A DNA stretch of 45,320 nucleotides from an uncultured delta proteobacterium (lineage in GTDB: Bacteria; Desulfobacterota; Binatia; Bin18). The notes under the pieces are model-generated. The model ran no database searches and was not told the origin of the DNA. It was given only the letters and a program-made list of their open reading frames with translations. The stretch covers positions 1 to 45,320 of the forward strand of contig CAVTCR010000016.1 of the NCBI GenBank assembly GCA_963733195.1. Direction: 5' to 3'. Of the stretch, positions 1-10,446 are shown piece by piece. Positions within the stretch are counted from its first letter, which is position 1. Each line of letters opens with the position of its first letter. Made by a program: the position numbers and the translations under genes.

Positions 1-3000
1 GGCCGACTTACCTCTCCCCCCGTGGCTCACAAAGCAGCAAGCCCTTGGCGTATCTGGGCAATCCCTTCTTCCTGTCCCTGTACAGCCAGCGCCCAGCCGC
101 GGAACGTCATCCCTCCCCACGCCAACCAGAACGCAGACCCTTGCTCGGTCGAGAGCATAATGGTTGCCTCGGCTCGCTCTCGGACTGGTTGGACCTCTCG
201 GCGGCATTTATAGAGCTGGGTAGCAAAAGCCAGGGCCGCCATCAAACTGGGGGGATGAGACAACCGCTGGACCAGGGCGAGCGCTTCGTGGCTCTTCTTC
301 AGGGCCTGGTCCACATAGCCAAGCAGCCATAGGGTCCAGGCCGCAAAGGACAGGCAATACACCCCCGGGTCTACTCCATAACGGAAGGCTAGGGAACGGT
401 GCTGCTGAGGGTCATAGAGGGCAATACCCTGTTCAAAGTGCACTCGGGCAGGGGTCAGCTCGCCAAGACAGAACAAGGCCTCTCCCAGCGCCCGGTGGGC
501 CGCTAGGAAGAAGGCCGGGTCTTGCGCACTCTGGGCCAGGGTAAGGAGCTGTTCCCCCAGCTCCCGCGCGGTCTGGTGCTCCGCCCGGACCAGAGAAAAC
601 TGCCACAATCCTGCCACTGCCAAGAAGAGCTGAGGAGTTTCTCCGATTTGCTGGCAGAGCTCTCGGGCTCGGGTGTAGGTCCGTTCCACCTCCGGGGTTG
701 CATAGCCCTTAGTAGCCGCCAGCGGTACGCCTAGGGCGACTTGCAGCGTGAGTTCTTGCTGGGCACGCTCGGGAGTGTCTGGCAGGGTCTTGAGCAACTC
801 CAGGGCAGCGGTGAGGTGACTGATCGCTTCGGCGTTGGCTGACCGCTGCACGGCCTGTTGCCCGGCCAGATGGAGATAGTCCATGGCTTTCTCCGTGTTG
901 CCGCTGCGACTGTAGTGATGGGCGAGGTCACTGTAGTGTTCCTCTAACTGGTCGTGAAATAGCGCTTCGATCGCCTGCGCCGTTGCTCGTGCAAGACCTT
1001 GCGTCGCTCGTGCAGCACCGAGTTGTAGGCCACCTCCTGGGTCAGCGCATGCTTGAAGAGGTACTCCACTTCCGGAAACGCCGGCTGTTCGTAGAGAAAC
1101 TCTTTGCGCTGGAGGGCCGCCAGCAGGCGATAAAGTTCGTCTTCCGGTTGGAGATAACCTGGCGGATCAAGACTCACCGGAAACTCCCGGCCAATGACGG
1201 CGAGCTGTTGGAGCAAGGCTTTCTCGTCCGGCTCGAGGCGGTCGATGCGGGCGGCCAGCACGCCTTGCACGGTGGGCGCACATGAAGCGTCAGTGCGTGG
1301 CGCGCTGCAGCCGGTAGCTGCCGCGCTCAGCCACTGAGAACGCCTTCCTCGGCCAACGTCTGCACTACCTCTTCCATGAAGAAGGGCGTGCCTTCGGTCT
1401 TCTCCAGGATGAGCTGCTTGAGGTGTGGAGGGGCGCACCGCTGCACGCTGTCCCGCTCCCTGGACGGCGGTCGCTCTCCCAACAACGGCGTCCAGAAATT
1501 CTTCGGCTTCCGCTTTCCCCAACGGCGCAAGCGCAGCTGGGTGTAGTACGTCTTCTGTCCCCACTCATGCCGATACTCCGGCCGATAGTTGTCGAGCAGC
1601 AGCAGCCTGGCGCTGGCCACACTCTCGCTCAGCATGTCCAGAAATCCTTGCGTCTCGTGTCGATCCAGTGCAGGTCTTCGAAGATCAGGATCAGGGGTTG
1701 ATTGAGACTCTCGCGCAGGAAGAGTTTCTTCAGGGCGTCAAAGGTCCGTCGCCGCCGGATCTGTGGGTCCATCTGCTGTAGAGGCGAAGGTTGGTCGTCG
1801 ATGCCCAGCAAGGCGAAGAGATAGGGCAGCGTGTCTTCCAGGCTGCGGTCGAGCATGAGCACTTTGCCGCCGACCTTCTCGCGCCGTTTGCGTTCGTCGT
1901 CCTGCGGTTGAATCGAAAGTAGCTCTTGAGCAGCTCGATCACCGGCAGATAGGGCGAGGCTTTGCCGTGCGAGACCGAGTAGGCTTCGAGCACGAGACAG
2001 CCGCTCTGAGAGAGGAGTTTGAACTCGTAGAACAGCCGCGACTTACCCTAACCCCGGCTCGCCCATCACCCCGACGATCTGTCCGTGCCCAGCTTTGGCT
2101 TGCTCCAAGGCCTGCTGTATCTGCTCCATTTCACTGTGGCGCCCCACAAAGCGGGTCAGCCCTCGCCGAGCGGAGACTTGCAGGCGCGTGCGCAGGGCCC
2201 TGCGCCCAGCACTTCGTAGACATTGAGCGGCTCTTCCACCCCTTTGATCTGCGTCTTCCCTAAGTCTTGAACTCAAAGTAGCCCGCTGTCAGCTTGTGGG
2301 TCTGGGCGGTCACCAGAATCGAGCCCGGCGCTGCTAACTGCTCCATCCGTGCCGCCAGATTGGTCGAGTGGCCAATAGGCACGTAGTCAGCGTGGAGGTC
2401 ATCCTTGCGAATCGAGCGCAGCACCACTTCCCCGGTGTTCACCCCCACCCGCATGAGCAGCGGAGCATAGCCTTTCCTCCGCAGCGTATCGGCATACCGG
2501 CGCATCTCCTCTTGCATGCGCAGTGCGGCATACAGCGCCCGTTGGGGATGATCCTCATGGGCAATCGGCGCGCCAAACAGGGCAAAGATGCCATCGCCCA
2601 AGGCTTGGGCCACATAGCCCTCATAGCGATGCACGGCGTCCATCATCAGTTGCAGAGCGGGATCAATAATCGCCCGCGCCTCTTCGGGATCGAGTCCTTC
2701 AATAAGCGCCGTGGAGCCTTTGAGATCGGCAAACAGGGCCGTGATCGTCTTGCGTTCGCCGTCGGTGATTACTGCCGCACGAATCCGCTCGGCGAGATGG
2801 GAAGGGGTGTAGGTGATTGGGGGTTGGGGCTGGGGCTAGGTGTTGGGTGGGACTGGCAACTGATGATGAGAACTGACAACTGGTTGTTCGCCGACCCATT
2901 TGAAGCCACGTCCCTCGTCATCGACGACTGCGGGATGGGTGTAGAGGAGTTCGGCTTTGAGATCCTCAAAGTAGTCGTCATCGAGCGCGAATTGTCGTTT

Positions 3001-3075
3001 GAGCGACCGGTAGGTCACCTGGCCACGCTGCTGCACGAGCGCGGCCACTTGATCGACGATCTCATAGAGGTCCAT
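1..3075 (-). pseudogene. Adenylate/guanylate cyclase (class III)-AAA ATPase-TPR (STAND) protein, paralog 1; multiple frameshifts; 3' end beyond window start
   Basis: Stitched minus-strand ORFs give the N-terminus MDLYEIVDQVAALVQQRGQVTYRSLKRQF, cyclase motifs (GDGIFALFGAP, RVGVNTGEV, TNLAARM), Walker A GEPGLG-K, Walker B LILIFEDLHWID, wHTH YLFKHALTQEVAY and TPR helices. GGAGG RBS upstream of 3075. Frameshifts may be sequencing indels. Confidence 0.9.
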
Positions 3076-3110
3076 CAGAATCCCTCCAACCCTTCTCCCT
3101 CGTTCTTACG

Positions 3111-3139
3111 TTGACAGCCCTGAGCTGAGGTCCTACAGT
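3111..3139 (+). promoter_or_regulatory. Putative sigma-70 promoter (TTGACA-N17-TACAGT)
   Basis: Perfect -35 at 3111-3116, 17-bp spacer, -10-like TACAGT at 3134-3139, followed by AGGAG RBS (3151) and ATG 3164. Confidence 0.6.
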
Positions 3140-3163
3140 ACTTCGCGTATAGGAGCATCTTTT

Positions 3164-3465
3164 ATGTCGTCGCCATCTGTTTCTGCCTTGCTTGATCCCA
3201 CCCTCACTCAGTACGAGGGACAGAAGAACTCACGCCCGAGGAATGGGAAGAGCGCTATGTGGACGCCTGGCTGCTCCTGCAAGTCACCGCGGAGGACGAA
3301 GCGGGTGAACCTGTACGAGCCAGATTGGTGGCGGTAACCACCGATCCGTTGACAGACGCCTTTCAACGACTCTGGCGTTCGTACGCTGACCGCGGGGTAC
3401 TGACCTTGTTCACCCATGGGCAGTACTCTGAACCGCGGCCCGCCGTGGTGGCATATGCCCCGTGA
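3164..3465 (+). CDS. Small hypothetical protein (DUF5678-like partner of Asp protease), one apparent frameshift near 3225
   Basis: AGGAG RBS and ATG 3164. After a frameshift it reads LTPEEWEERYVDAWLLLQVTAEDEAGEPVRARLVAVTTDP...; the stop overlaps the next gene. Confidence 0.6.
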
Positions 3466-3847
3466 GTGGGCGTCATTTCGTCCGCATTCGCTTCCGGTCA
3501 TTACCGTGCGCAAAGGGGCCTGGGCGATTCGTGCCCTGGCCGACACGGCGCCCAAACGAGTCTCATCCATCCACGTCTCGTCCTCCAGTTTGGCCTTCCC
3601 ACCATTGGTGAGTGCCATCGTGGGCATTGGCTCGGCGGTAGCTCGCGTACCTCGTGTACAGCTTACGGAGTTGCACGTCGCGCGGTGGCCGTTGCCGACA
3701 TGTGAGGCTGGTGTTGTCAACCTGGATAATCTCCGTTTAGGCATTGATCTCATCCTTGGCATCAGCGCGTTCGGTGGTTATTGTCTCCAGTTCGATTTCG
3801 TGAGGGACGGGAGGATTGTACTTGTTCTCGGAGTAGTGCGAGAGTGA
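3455..3847 (+). CDS. Retropepsin-like (clan AA) aspartyl protease, two compensating frameshifts
   Basis: Combining frames gives IRALADT[G]AQTSLIHPRLVLQFGLPTIGE..AIVGIGS..VPRVQL...IDLILGISAF...LQFDF, i.e. the D-T-G-A catalytic motif, flap GIG and the C-terminal ILG motif. Confidence 0.75.
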   Translation: MPREWASFRPHSLPVITVRKGAWAIRALADTAPKRVSSIHVSSSSLAFPPLVSAIVGIGSAVARVPRVQLTELHVARWPLPTCEAGVVNLDNLRLGIDLILGISAFGGYCLQFDFVRDGRIVLVLGVVRE

Positions 3848-3875
3848 TCGCTCACGCATGAGAAAAGTTCTTATC

Positions 3876-6800
3876 TCAATGGCCTCGTACCTCCAACAGC
3901 GCCTTCGCTTCTTGCAAATCCTTCGTGTCAAAGCCTTCGGTGAACCAGCCGTAGACTTCAGATAACATGCTTGTCGGCTTCGTGTGCTCTTGCCCTTGCT
4001 GCTGCCACAAGCGGCTCAGGCTCATCACCGCCCGCAGTTCCAGCGACTTCGCCTGCTGCTTCTGGGCGATCTCAATCGCCTTCAGAAAGTACGCCTCGGC
4101 TTCGGCTTGTGGGTGCTAGGGACTGGGGTTGGGACTTGGGACTGACAACTGAGACTTGACGACTGACAACTTTTGTAGTGTAAGTTCACCTTTGAGCCGA
4201 TACAGCTCCGCCTCGTAAAAGTGCTCTCCGTTTTTGTCCACCACCGTCAGCGCCTCAGCTAGCGCGGCAAGCCCTTCCTCTGCCTGCCCCGCTTTCCCAT
4301 ATGCCTCGGCCAGCAGGGCAAGAAAATAGGACTGAAATATCCCTGCCCCTAGGGCTTGGTGGGCGGCCAATCCTTGGCGGATCTGGCTAATCCCTTCTTC
4401 ACTCTGGCCCTGTTCGGCCAGCGCCCAGCCCTGCAGGATAGTTCCTTGCCTTAACCAACTGGAAATCCTTGCTCGCGCGCGAGGGTGATTGCTGCCTCGG
4501 CCCACTCTTGGGTCAGGGCTCTTTCCCGGCGGAACTGGTGCGACAGGGCAGCGAGAGCCCGGGCGGGCCCAAGCTGAAGGGATGAGCCCGCTCTTGGGCC
4601 AGGGTGCGCGCGGCCTCGCTTTTCTTAGCGCCTGGTCCGGATAGCCCAGATGCCACAGGACCAAGGCGGCATAGGAGAGGCAAAAGACCCCCGGCTCCAT
4701 GCTGTAGAGGAAACATGTGAGCGGTGGCGCTGAGCGTCATACAGGGTCAGGCCCTGCTCCAGGTGCGCTTGGGCCGCGCCGAACTCACCCAGATGGAATA
4801 AGTACTGCCCAGCGCCCGATATGCCTCCACAAGGAAGGCCGGGTCTTGCTCCCGCTGGGCCAGGCCCAGGAGTTGCTCCCCCAGCTCGCGCGCCGCTGGA
4901 AACTCGCCCCCCACAAGATGAAACGTCCGCAGCCCAAAGAGAACCGGGAAGAGCTGGCGGGTCTCCCCGACCTGCTGGCACAGCTCCCGGGCGCGGGTAT
5001 AGGTAGCCTCACTTCCGGTGAGGCATAACTCTTGGTGGCCTGTAACGGCACGCCCAGAGTGAGTTGCAGCGCGAGTTCTTGCTGGGTACGCTCGCGGGTG
5101 TCGGGCAAGGTGTTGAAGCAAATCTAAGGCGGTAGTCAAATGCGTGATCGCGTCCGCATAGGCCGAGCGTTGGACCGCCTGTTGTCCAGCTAGGTGCAGG
5201 TACTCGATCGGCTTTCTCGGTGTTGCCACTGCGCTGTAGTGATGCGCCAGCTCGCTGTAATGCTCGTCTAAGGTGGCGTGGTAGAGTGCTCCATGGCCTG
5301 GCCGTCTGCTCATGTAACGCTTTGCGTCGCTCATGAGCACCGAGCTGTAGGCCACTTCCTGCGTGAGCGCGTGCTTGAAGATATACTCGACTTCCGGGAA
5401 CGCGGGCTGTTCGTAGAGAAACTCTTTGCGCTGGAGGGAAGCGAGGAGGTGATAGAGTTCCTCTTCTGGCTGGGCAACAACCTGGCGCACCAAGCTCAGC
5501 GGGAACTGCCGCCCAATGACGGCGAGTTGCTGGAGGAGGGCTTTCTCGTCGGCGGCGAGGCGGTCGATGCGGGCCGCCAGCACGCCTTGCACGGTGGGGG
5601 AGATATGGAGTTCGGTCGGCGCTCTCTCTAGCCGGTACTGGCCGCGCTCGCCGCTGAGCACGCCCTCTTCCGCTAACGTCTGCACCACCTCTTCCATGAA
5701 GAACGGCGTGCCTTCGGTCTTCGCCAAGATGAGCTGCTTCAGGGCTTGTAGGGGCGCACCGATGTGTGCGCCTGCCCCTGAGGGCCGACACGCCGGTCGG
5801 CCCCTACGGAACGCCCAACAGGACATCAAGAATTCTTCGGCTTCCTCTTTGCCCAACGGTGCCAAGCCGCAGTTGGGTGTAGTAGGTCTTACTGCCCCCA
5901 CTCCTGCCGATACTCCGGGCGGTAGTTCGTCAGCAGCAGAATCCGGGCACTCGCCACACTCTCACTGAGCATGTCCAGAAACCCTTGCGTCTCGCCGTCG
6001 ATCCAGTGCAGGTCTTCAAAGATGAGAATCAGCGGTTGATTGAGACTTTCCCGCAGGAAGAGCTTCTTGAGCGCCTCAAACGTCCGCCGCCGCCGAATCT
6101 GCGCGTCCATCTGTTGCAGGGGGGAAGGCTGGTCTTCGATCCCGAGCAGGGCAAAGAGATAGGGCAAGGTGTCTTCCAGGCTGCGATCCAGCGTAAGACC
6201 TTGCCGGTGACTTTCTCCCGGCGCTGTCCGCTCGTCATCTTGCGGCTCAATGTGGAAGTAGCTCTTGAGCAGCTCAATCACCGGCAGATAGGGCGACGCT
6301 TTGCCATACGAGACCGAGTAGGCTTCCAGCACCAGACAGCCACTGTATGGCGAGAGCAGCTTGAATTCATAGAACAACCGCGACTTCCCTAACCCTGGCT
6401 CGCCCATCACCCCCACAATTTGCCCATGCCCTGCCTTGGCTTGCTCTAAGGCTCGCTGCAACTGCTCCATCTCGTTGTGGCGCCCGACAAAGCGCGTCAA
6501 GCCCGCGCTGGCCGATACTTGCAACCGCGTCCGTAACGGTCCCGCACCGAGTACTTCGTACACATTGAGCGGATCTTCGACCCCTTTGATCTGGGCTGGC
6601 CCAAGGTCTTTGAACTCGAAATAGCCGTCGGTGAGCTTGTGCGTGTAGGCGGTCACCAGAATGGAGCCCGGCGCCGCCAATTGTTCCATCCGAGCTGCAA
6701 GGTTGGTGGAATGCCCGACCGGAACATAGTCCGCATGTAAATCGTCCTTGCGAATCGAGCGCACCACCACTTCCCCGGTGTTCACCCCCACCCGCATCAG

Positions 6801-7448
6801 CAGCGGCGGACGCCGTTTCAGGCGCACCTGATCGCCATAGCGGCGCATCTCCTCTTGCATGCGCAACGCGGCATACAGCGCACGCTGGGGATGATCTTCA
6901 TGGGCAATCGGCGCGCCGAACAGGGCAAAGATGCCATCGCCCAGCGCCTGGGCGACATAGCCCTCATAGCGATGCACCGCATCCATCATGAGCTGCAGCG
7001 CAGGGTCAATGATGGCACGGGCCTCTTCCGGATCGAGCCCTTCAATCAGTGCGGTGGAGCCTTTGAGGTCGGCAAACAGCGCGGTGATGGTCTTGCGTTC
7101 GCCATCACTTGCCCCACGGGCTTCCAGCGCGGCTTGTTCAGCGCGAATGCGTTCGGCCAAATGAGGCGGAGTGTAGGAGATTGGGGGTTGGGGATTAGGG
7201 GTTAGGGATTGGGTGGAACTCGGAACTTGGAACTTGGAATTCGGAACTGGCGCAGCGCCGTCCCCGGCCCAGACCAACACTTCGCCGTCTTTATCGACCG
7301 CCAGCTCTTGCCCGGTGATGAGTTCGAACTTGAGGTCTTCGAGGGCGTCGTCATCCAAACTAAACTCGCGCTTCAGCGCCCGATACGTGATCCGCCCCTT
7401 ACGCTGGAGTAAGACGCTGGCTTGTTCGACCACTTCGGAAAACTTCAT
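3876..7448 (-). pseudogene. Adenylate/guanylate cyclase-AAA ATPase-TPR (STAND) protein, paralog 2; multiple frameshifts
   Basis: ORF 5889..7448 has ERKTITALFADLKGST, GDG, GEPGLGKSRL and FEDLHWID. It continues in ORFs 4747..5901 and 4116..4700 and ends with the family terminus WFTEGFDTKDLQEAKALL. Confidence 0.92.
5748..5807. repeat. GTAG-type REP doublet (60 bp) inside the cyclase coding sequence
   Basis: GTAGGGGCGCAC..GTGCGCC plus GGGCCGAC..GTCGGCCCCTAC: two GC hairpins bounded by GTAG/CTAC. Confidence 0.75.
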
Positions 7449-7843
7449 ATGGTGCTCTCACTGCGTGGACGGTCTGTTCTCGCGGTACGTCGGCCCCCCA
7501 TGTACAGACACCGCAAGCGTCAGGGCTCCGGTCCATGCCCGCTGTCCCCCAGGGGCAAGTATCTCCTGTTGTAGGCGCTTTGCCGCTTTCGTACAAGGAG
7601 AACGCCGCTTTCCTCACGCTTAGGCGGCCATCTTCTGTATGCTCATGGCCTCGAGGCACGCTATCCACACACTGCGCACCAGCATCCACGGCCTCTCGTC
7701 GCGCCGACTTCGTTCGCCCCAATAACTCCGTGACTTCTTCCTCTCTTGCTCTGTCTTTAAGTCAAGTCCCCTTCTTTACTGCCTATCTATGCCCTGCTAA
7801 GAGGCCCTGCTAAGTAACTGCCGAAACAGGGAGGAGATTGCCA

Positions 7844-8905
7844 ATGAACTTTGGTCTTTTGTTTCCTTTTCGCAATTCGGCACGCTCCCGCCTATCGTTC
7901 CCAGAGTTGTATCGTAAGCACCTCGATTTGACCGTAAAAGCTGAGGAGCTTGGCTTTGATACAATCTGGCTTACTGAGCATCACTTCGTTGAAGACGGAT
8001 ACTCGTCTTCCTTGCTTCCAATTGCAGCGGCGATTGCAGCACGGACCAGGAAAATTCGTATCGGTACGTTTGTCCTCCTTTTACCCCTCCACAATGCATT
8101 ACGGGTAGCTGAAGATGCGGCTACGGTTGATATTATTTCTAACGGTCGCCTTGATCTCGGAGTTGGTCAAGGTTACCGAGTCGATGAATTCACGGGTTTC
8201 AATATTCCTCGCAAAGAGCGTGGTCCACGGCTTGAAGAAGGGGCCGAGGTAATCCGCCGTGCCTGGACCAAGAACAACTGGTCGTTAGAAGGAAAATTTA
8301 ACCAACTCAACAACATCACAGTTGTTCCTAACGTTGTCCAAAAACCGTATCCACCAATCTGGTTTGCTGCACGGGGGCCGAAATCAACCGCCCGTGCAGC
8401 TCGCAACGGCTATCACCTGATGGGAACTGGTGGATCAGATCAGCAGCAGATGTATGACGCTGCGCTAAAGGAGAACGGAAAGCGTGTAGAGGACTTCTAT
8501 ATTGCTCAGCTCCGCACCGTCTTTGTAGCGACGCGACGGGAAAAAGCTTGGGATGAGGCTGAAGAAGGGGTGCATCACATGTTGAGCTGCTACGGGAGAT
8601 GGTTTACCGAAGCAAACGACCTGCCGGGCGATACCGCCTATGGTATGGACCTGCCACGTGTAGGCAAACTCCGTGAGAGTGACACGGCCCAACTCTTCGG
8701 TGAGCCGCTCATTATTGGCACCCCCGATGATGCAATTCGTTTAATCGAAGATTATCAACGGCGGACGCGTTGTACGCATCTCGTTGTGGCGATGCCGCTC
8801 CCAGGCGTCGATCCGAGAAAAGTGCAGAAGAGTATGGAACTCTTTGCCAAAGAAGTGATGCCGTATTTTCGTAAGAAAGCCAGAAAGAAAGTAGTCAGTA
8901 GTTAG
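7844..8905 (+). CDS. LLM class flavin-dependent oxidoreductase (luciferase-like)
   Basis: AEELGFDTIWLTEHHF, RIGTFVLLLPLHNALRVAEDAATVDIISNGRLDLGVGQGY; GGAGGAG RBS. Confidence 0.93.
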   Translation: MNFGLLFPFRNSARSRLSFPELYRKHLDLTVKAEELGFDTIWLTEHHFVEDGYSSSLLPIAAAIAARTRKIRIGTFVLLLPLHNALRVAEDAATVDIISNGRLDLGVGQGYRVDEFTGFNIPRKERGPRLEEGAEVIRRAWTKNNWSLEGKFNQLNNITVVPNVVQKPYPPIWFAARGPKSTARAARNGYHLMGTGGSDQQQMYDAALKENGKRVEDFYIAQLRTVFVATRREKAWDEAEEGVHHMLSCYGRWFTEANDLPGDTAYGMDLPRVGKLRESDTAQLFGEPLIIGTPDDAIRLIEDYQRRTRCTHLVVAMPLPGVDPRKVQKSMELFAKEVMPYFRKKARKKVVSS

Positions 8906-9038
8906 TAGGGAATCTGGGATAAAGGATAACGGAGAAAGGATAATGGAAGAGTAGAGAACAGCTCTCATTTGCCTTTATCCCTTATCCTTTGCCCTTTATC
9001 CTTCTACCGAGGACTGACAACTGAGAACTGACAACTGG
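8891..9038. repeat. Nested inverted heptamer repeat array
   Basis: GTAGTCAGTAGTTAGT..GGATAAAGGATAA..GGATAA followed by TTTATCCCTTATCC..TTTATCC..ACTGACAACTGAGAACTGACAACT. Confidence 0.7.
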
Positions 9039-9056
9039 TAAAGTAAGGAGGACATC

Positions 9057-9446
9057 ATGGCTGCGTTCGATGCGCGATGGATGGAACGCTGGCAAACCCT
9101 GGTCAACCAGGACAGCGTAACGAAAGTCATTGGTCGGCATTTGAGTGCTGATATATTGATGGAGTTTGGCAGTGCGGTCTACGTTGTTTCGTTCGTGAAT
9201 GGGACGTTATCGCGGGTGGCACAAAACATTGGGCCTGAAACCACGTACGATTTTGCGTTGCGGGGCCCTCAGGAAACCTGGGGAAAGTTCATCCAGCCTG
9301 TTCCTCCACCCATGTATAACGACATCTGGGCGATGGCACACCCACTGCACGGCCGCTTGAAGATCGAGGGTAATGTAAAAGTGATGTGGCAAAACTTGCG
9401 GGCGTTTACCTGGGCGCTCGACCTGATGCGCAACGTGAAAGAGTAA
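9057..9446 (+). CDS. Hypothetical protein, SCP2/sterol-carrier-like fold
   Basis: AAGGAGG RBS; YDFALRGPQETWGKF...GRLKIEGNVKVMWQNL resembles the SCP2-like C-terminal motif. Confidence 0.65.
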   Translation: MAAFDARWMERWQTLVNQDSVTKVIGRHLSADILMEFGSAVYVVSFVNGTLSRVAQNIGPETTYDFALRGPQETWGKFIQPVPPPMYNDIWAMAHPLHGRLKIEGNVKVMWQNLRAFTWALDLMRNVKE

Positions 9447-9459
9447 GGAGGGATATCCC

Positions 9460-10302
9460 ATGGCGAAGATTGAACCCATCACTGGACGTTATATTTACGT
9501 ACCCTACGAAGGCGAAGAGTACCGGGTCTATTATGAAGAGGCTGGTCAAGGGATACCCTTAGTGTGTTTGCATACGGCAGGGACCGACTCGCGTGAATGG
9601 CGACATCAACTCTGTGATCCCGATATCAATCGCAATTTCCGCGTTATTGCATTGGATCTCCCTCGACATGGGAAATCTATTCCTCCTAAAGGGTGGTGGA
9701 AGGAGGAATATAAGCTAACTGCGAAGTTCTATTCTGAGTTCCTCATGGCATTTTGCCGCGAACTCGGCCTCGAAAAACCCGTCATTATGGGCAGCTCGAT
9801 GGGAGGGAACATTTGCCTCCACTTGGCGCTCAATTTTGCCAATGATGTTCGTTCGCTTATTGCGATTGAAGCGTGTGACTACTCTCCAGGGTGGTGGTTA
9901 GACTGGTTGTGGAATCCGCACATGCACGGAGGCGAGGTTGCAGCCACCTCAGTGTATGGCCTCATGGCTCCGCAGAGTCCGCTCGAATACCGCCAAGAAA
10001 CTTGGTGGTATTATGCGCAAGGTGGCCCTGGAATCTTCAAGGGCGACCTCTACTTCTACAGTGTGGATCACGACTTCCGGCAACTCTGTAGTAAACTCAA
10101 TGGCAAAGTACCAATCTACTTTATGACTGGGGTGTATGACTTTGCCTGTACACCAGAAATGACCGAGCAGACAGCGAAAAAAGTCAAAGGTTCAGAATGC
10201 GTCATCATGGAAGAAATCGGCCATTTCCCGATGAGCGAGAACCCTGTCACCTTCAAGAAATACTTGATGCCAGTGCTGGCAAAGGTGCTGCAGAATCGAT
10301 AG
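9460..10302 (+). CDS. Alpha/beta fold hydrolase
   Basis: PLVCLHTAG, ALDLPRHGKS, nucleophile elbow GSSMGG, C-terminal GHF. Confidence 0.9.
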   Translation: MAKIEPITGRYIYVPYEGEEYRVYYEEAGQGIPLVCLHTAGTDSREWRHQLCDPDINRNFRVIALDLPRHGKSIPPKGWWKEEYKLTAKFYSEFLMAFCRELGLEKPVIMGSSMGGNICLHLALNFANDVRSLIAIEACDYSPGWWLDWLWNPHMHGGEVAATSVYGLMAPQSPLEYRQETWWYYAQGGPGIFKGDLYFYSVDHDFRQLCSKLNGKVPIYFMTGVYDFACTPEMTEQTAKKVKGSECVIMEEIGHFPMSENPVTFKKYLMPVLAKVLQNR

Positions 10303-10310
10303 GACACTAT

Positions 10311-10405
10311 GAAGAGTAAAGTGTAAAGAGTAAAACGTACACTGAAGACTGCGAAATCATGTATCACGCATTACGTATCACATGTTGCATATTACGTGTG
10401 ACGTA
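10311..10405. repeat. Short heptamer repeat tracts (GTAAAGA; CGTATCA/CGCATTA)
   Basis: AAGAGTAAAGTGTAAAGAGTAAA and TGTATCACGCATTACGTATCAC in the intergenic region. Confidence 0.5.
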
Positions 10406-10446
10406 CCATCGCAGTACAAACGAAAGGATAAGGAGGAAGACTCCTC

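Noticed and set aside
2368-3114. Long plus-strand ORFs antisense to the cyclase and other genes
   Set aside because: Shadow ORFs of GC-rich coding sequence with no motifs.
7399-7813. ORFs in the divergent region between the cyclase and LLM genes
   Set aside because: No recognisable motifs or RBS; more likely promoter DNA.
8891-9038. Possible CRISPR array
   Set aside because: Units are 7-mers without unique spacers, and there are no cas genes.
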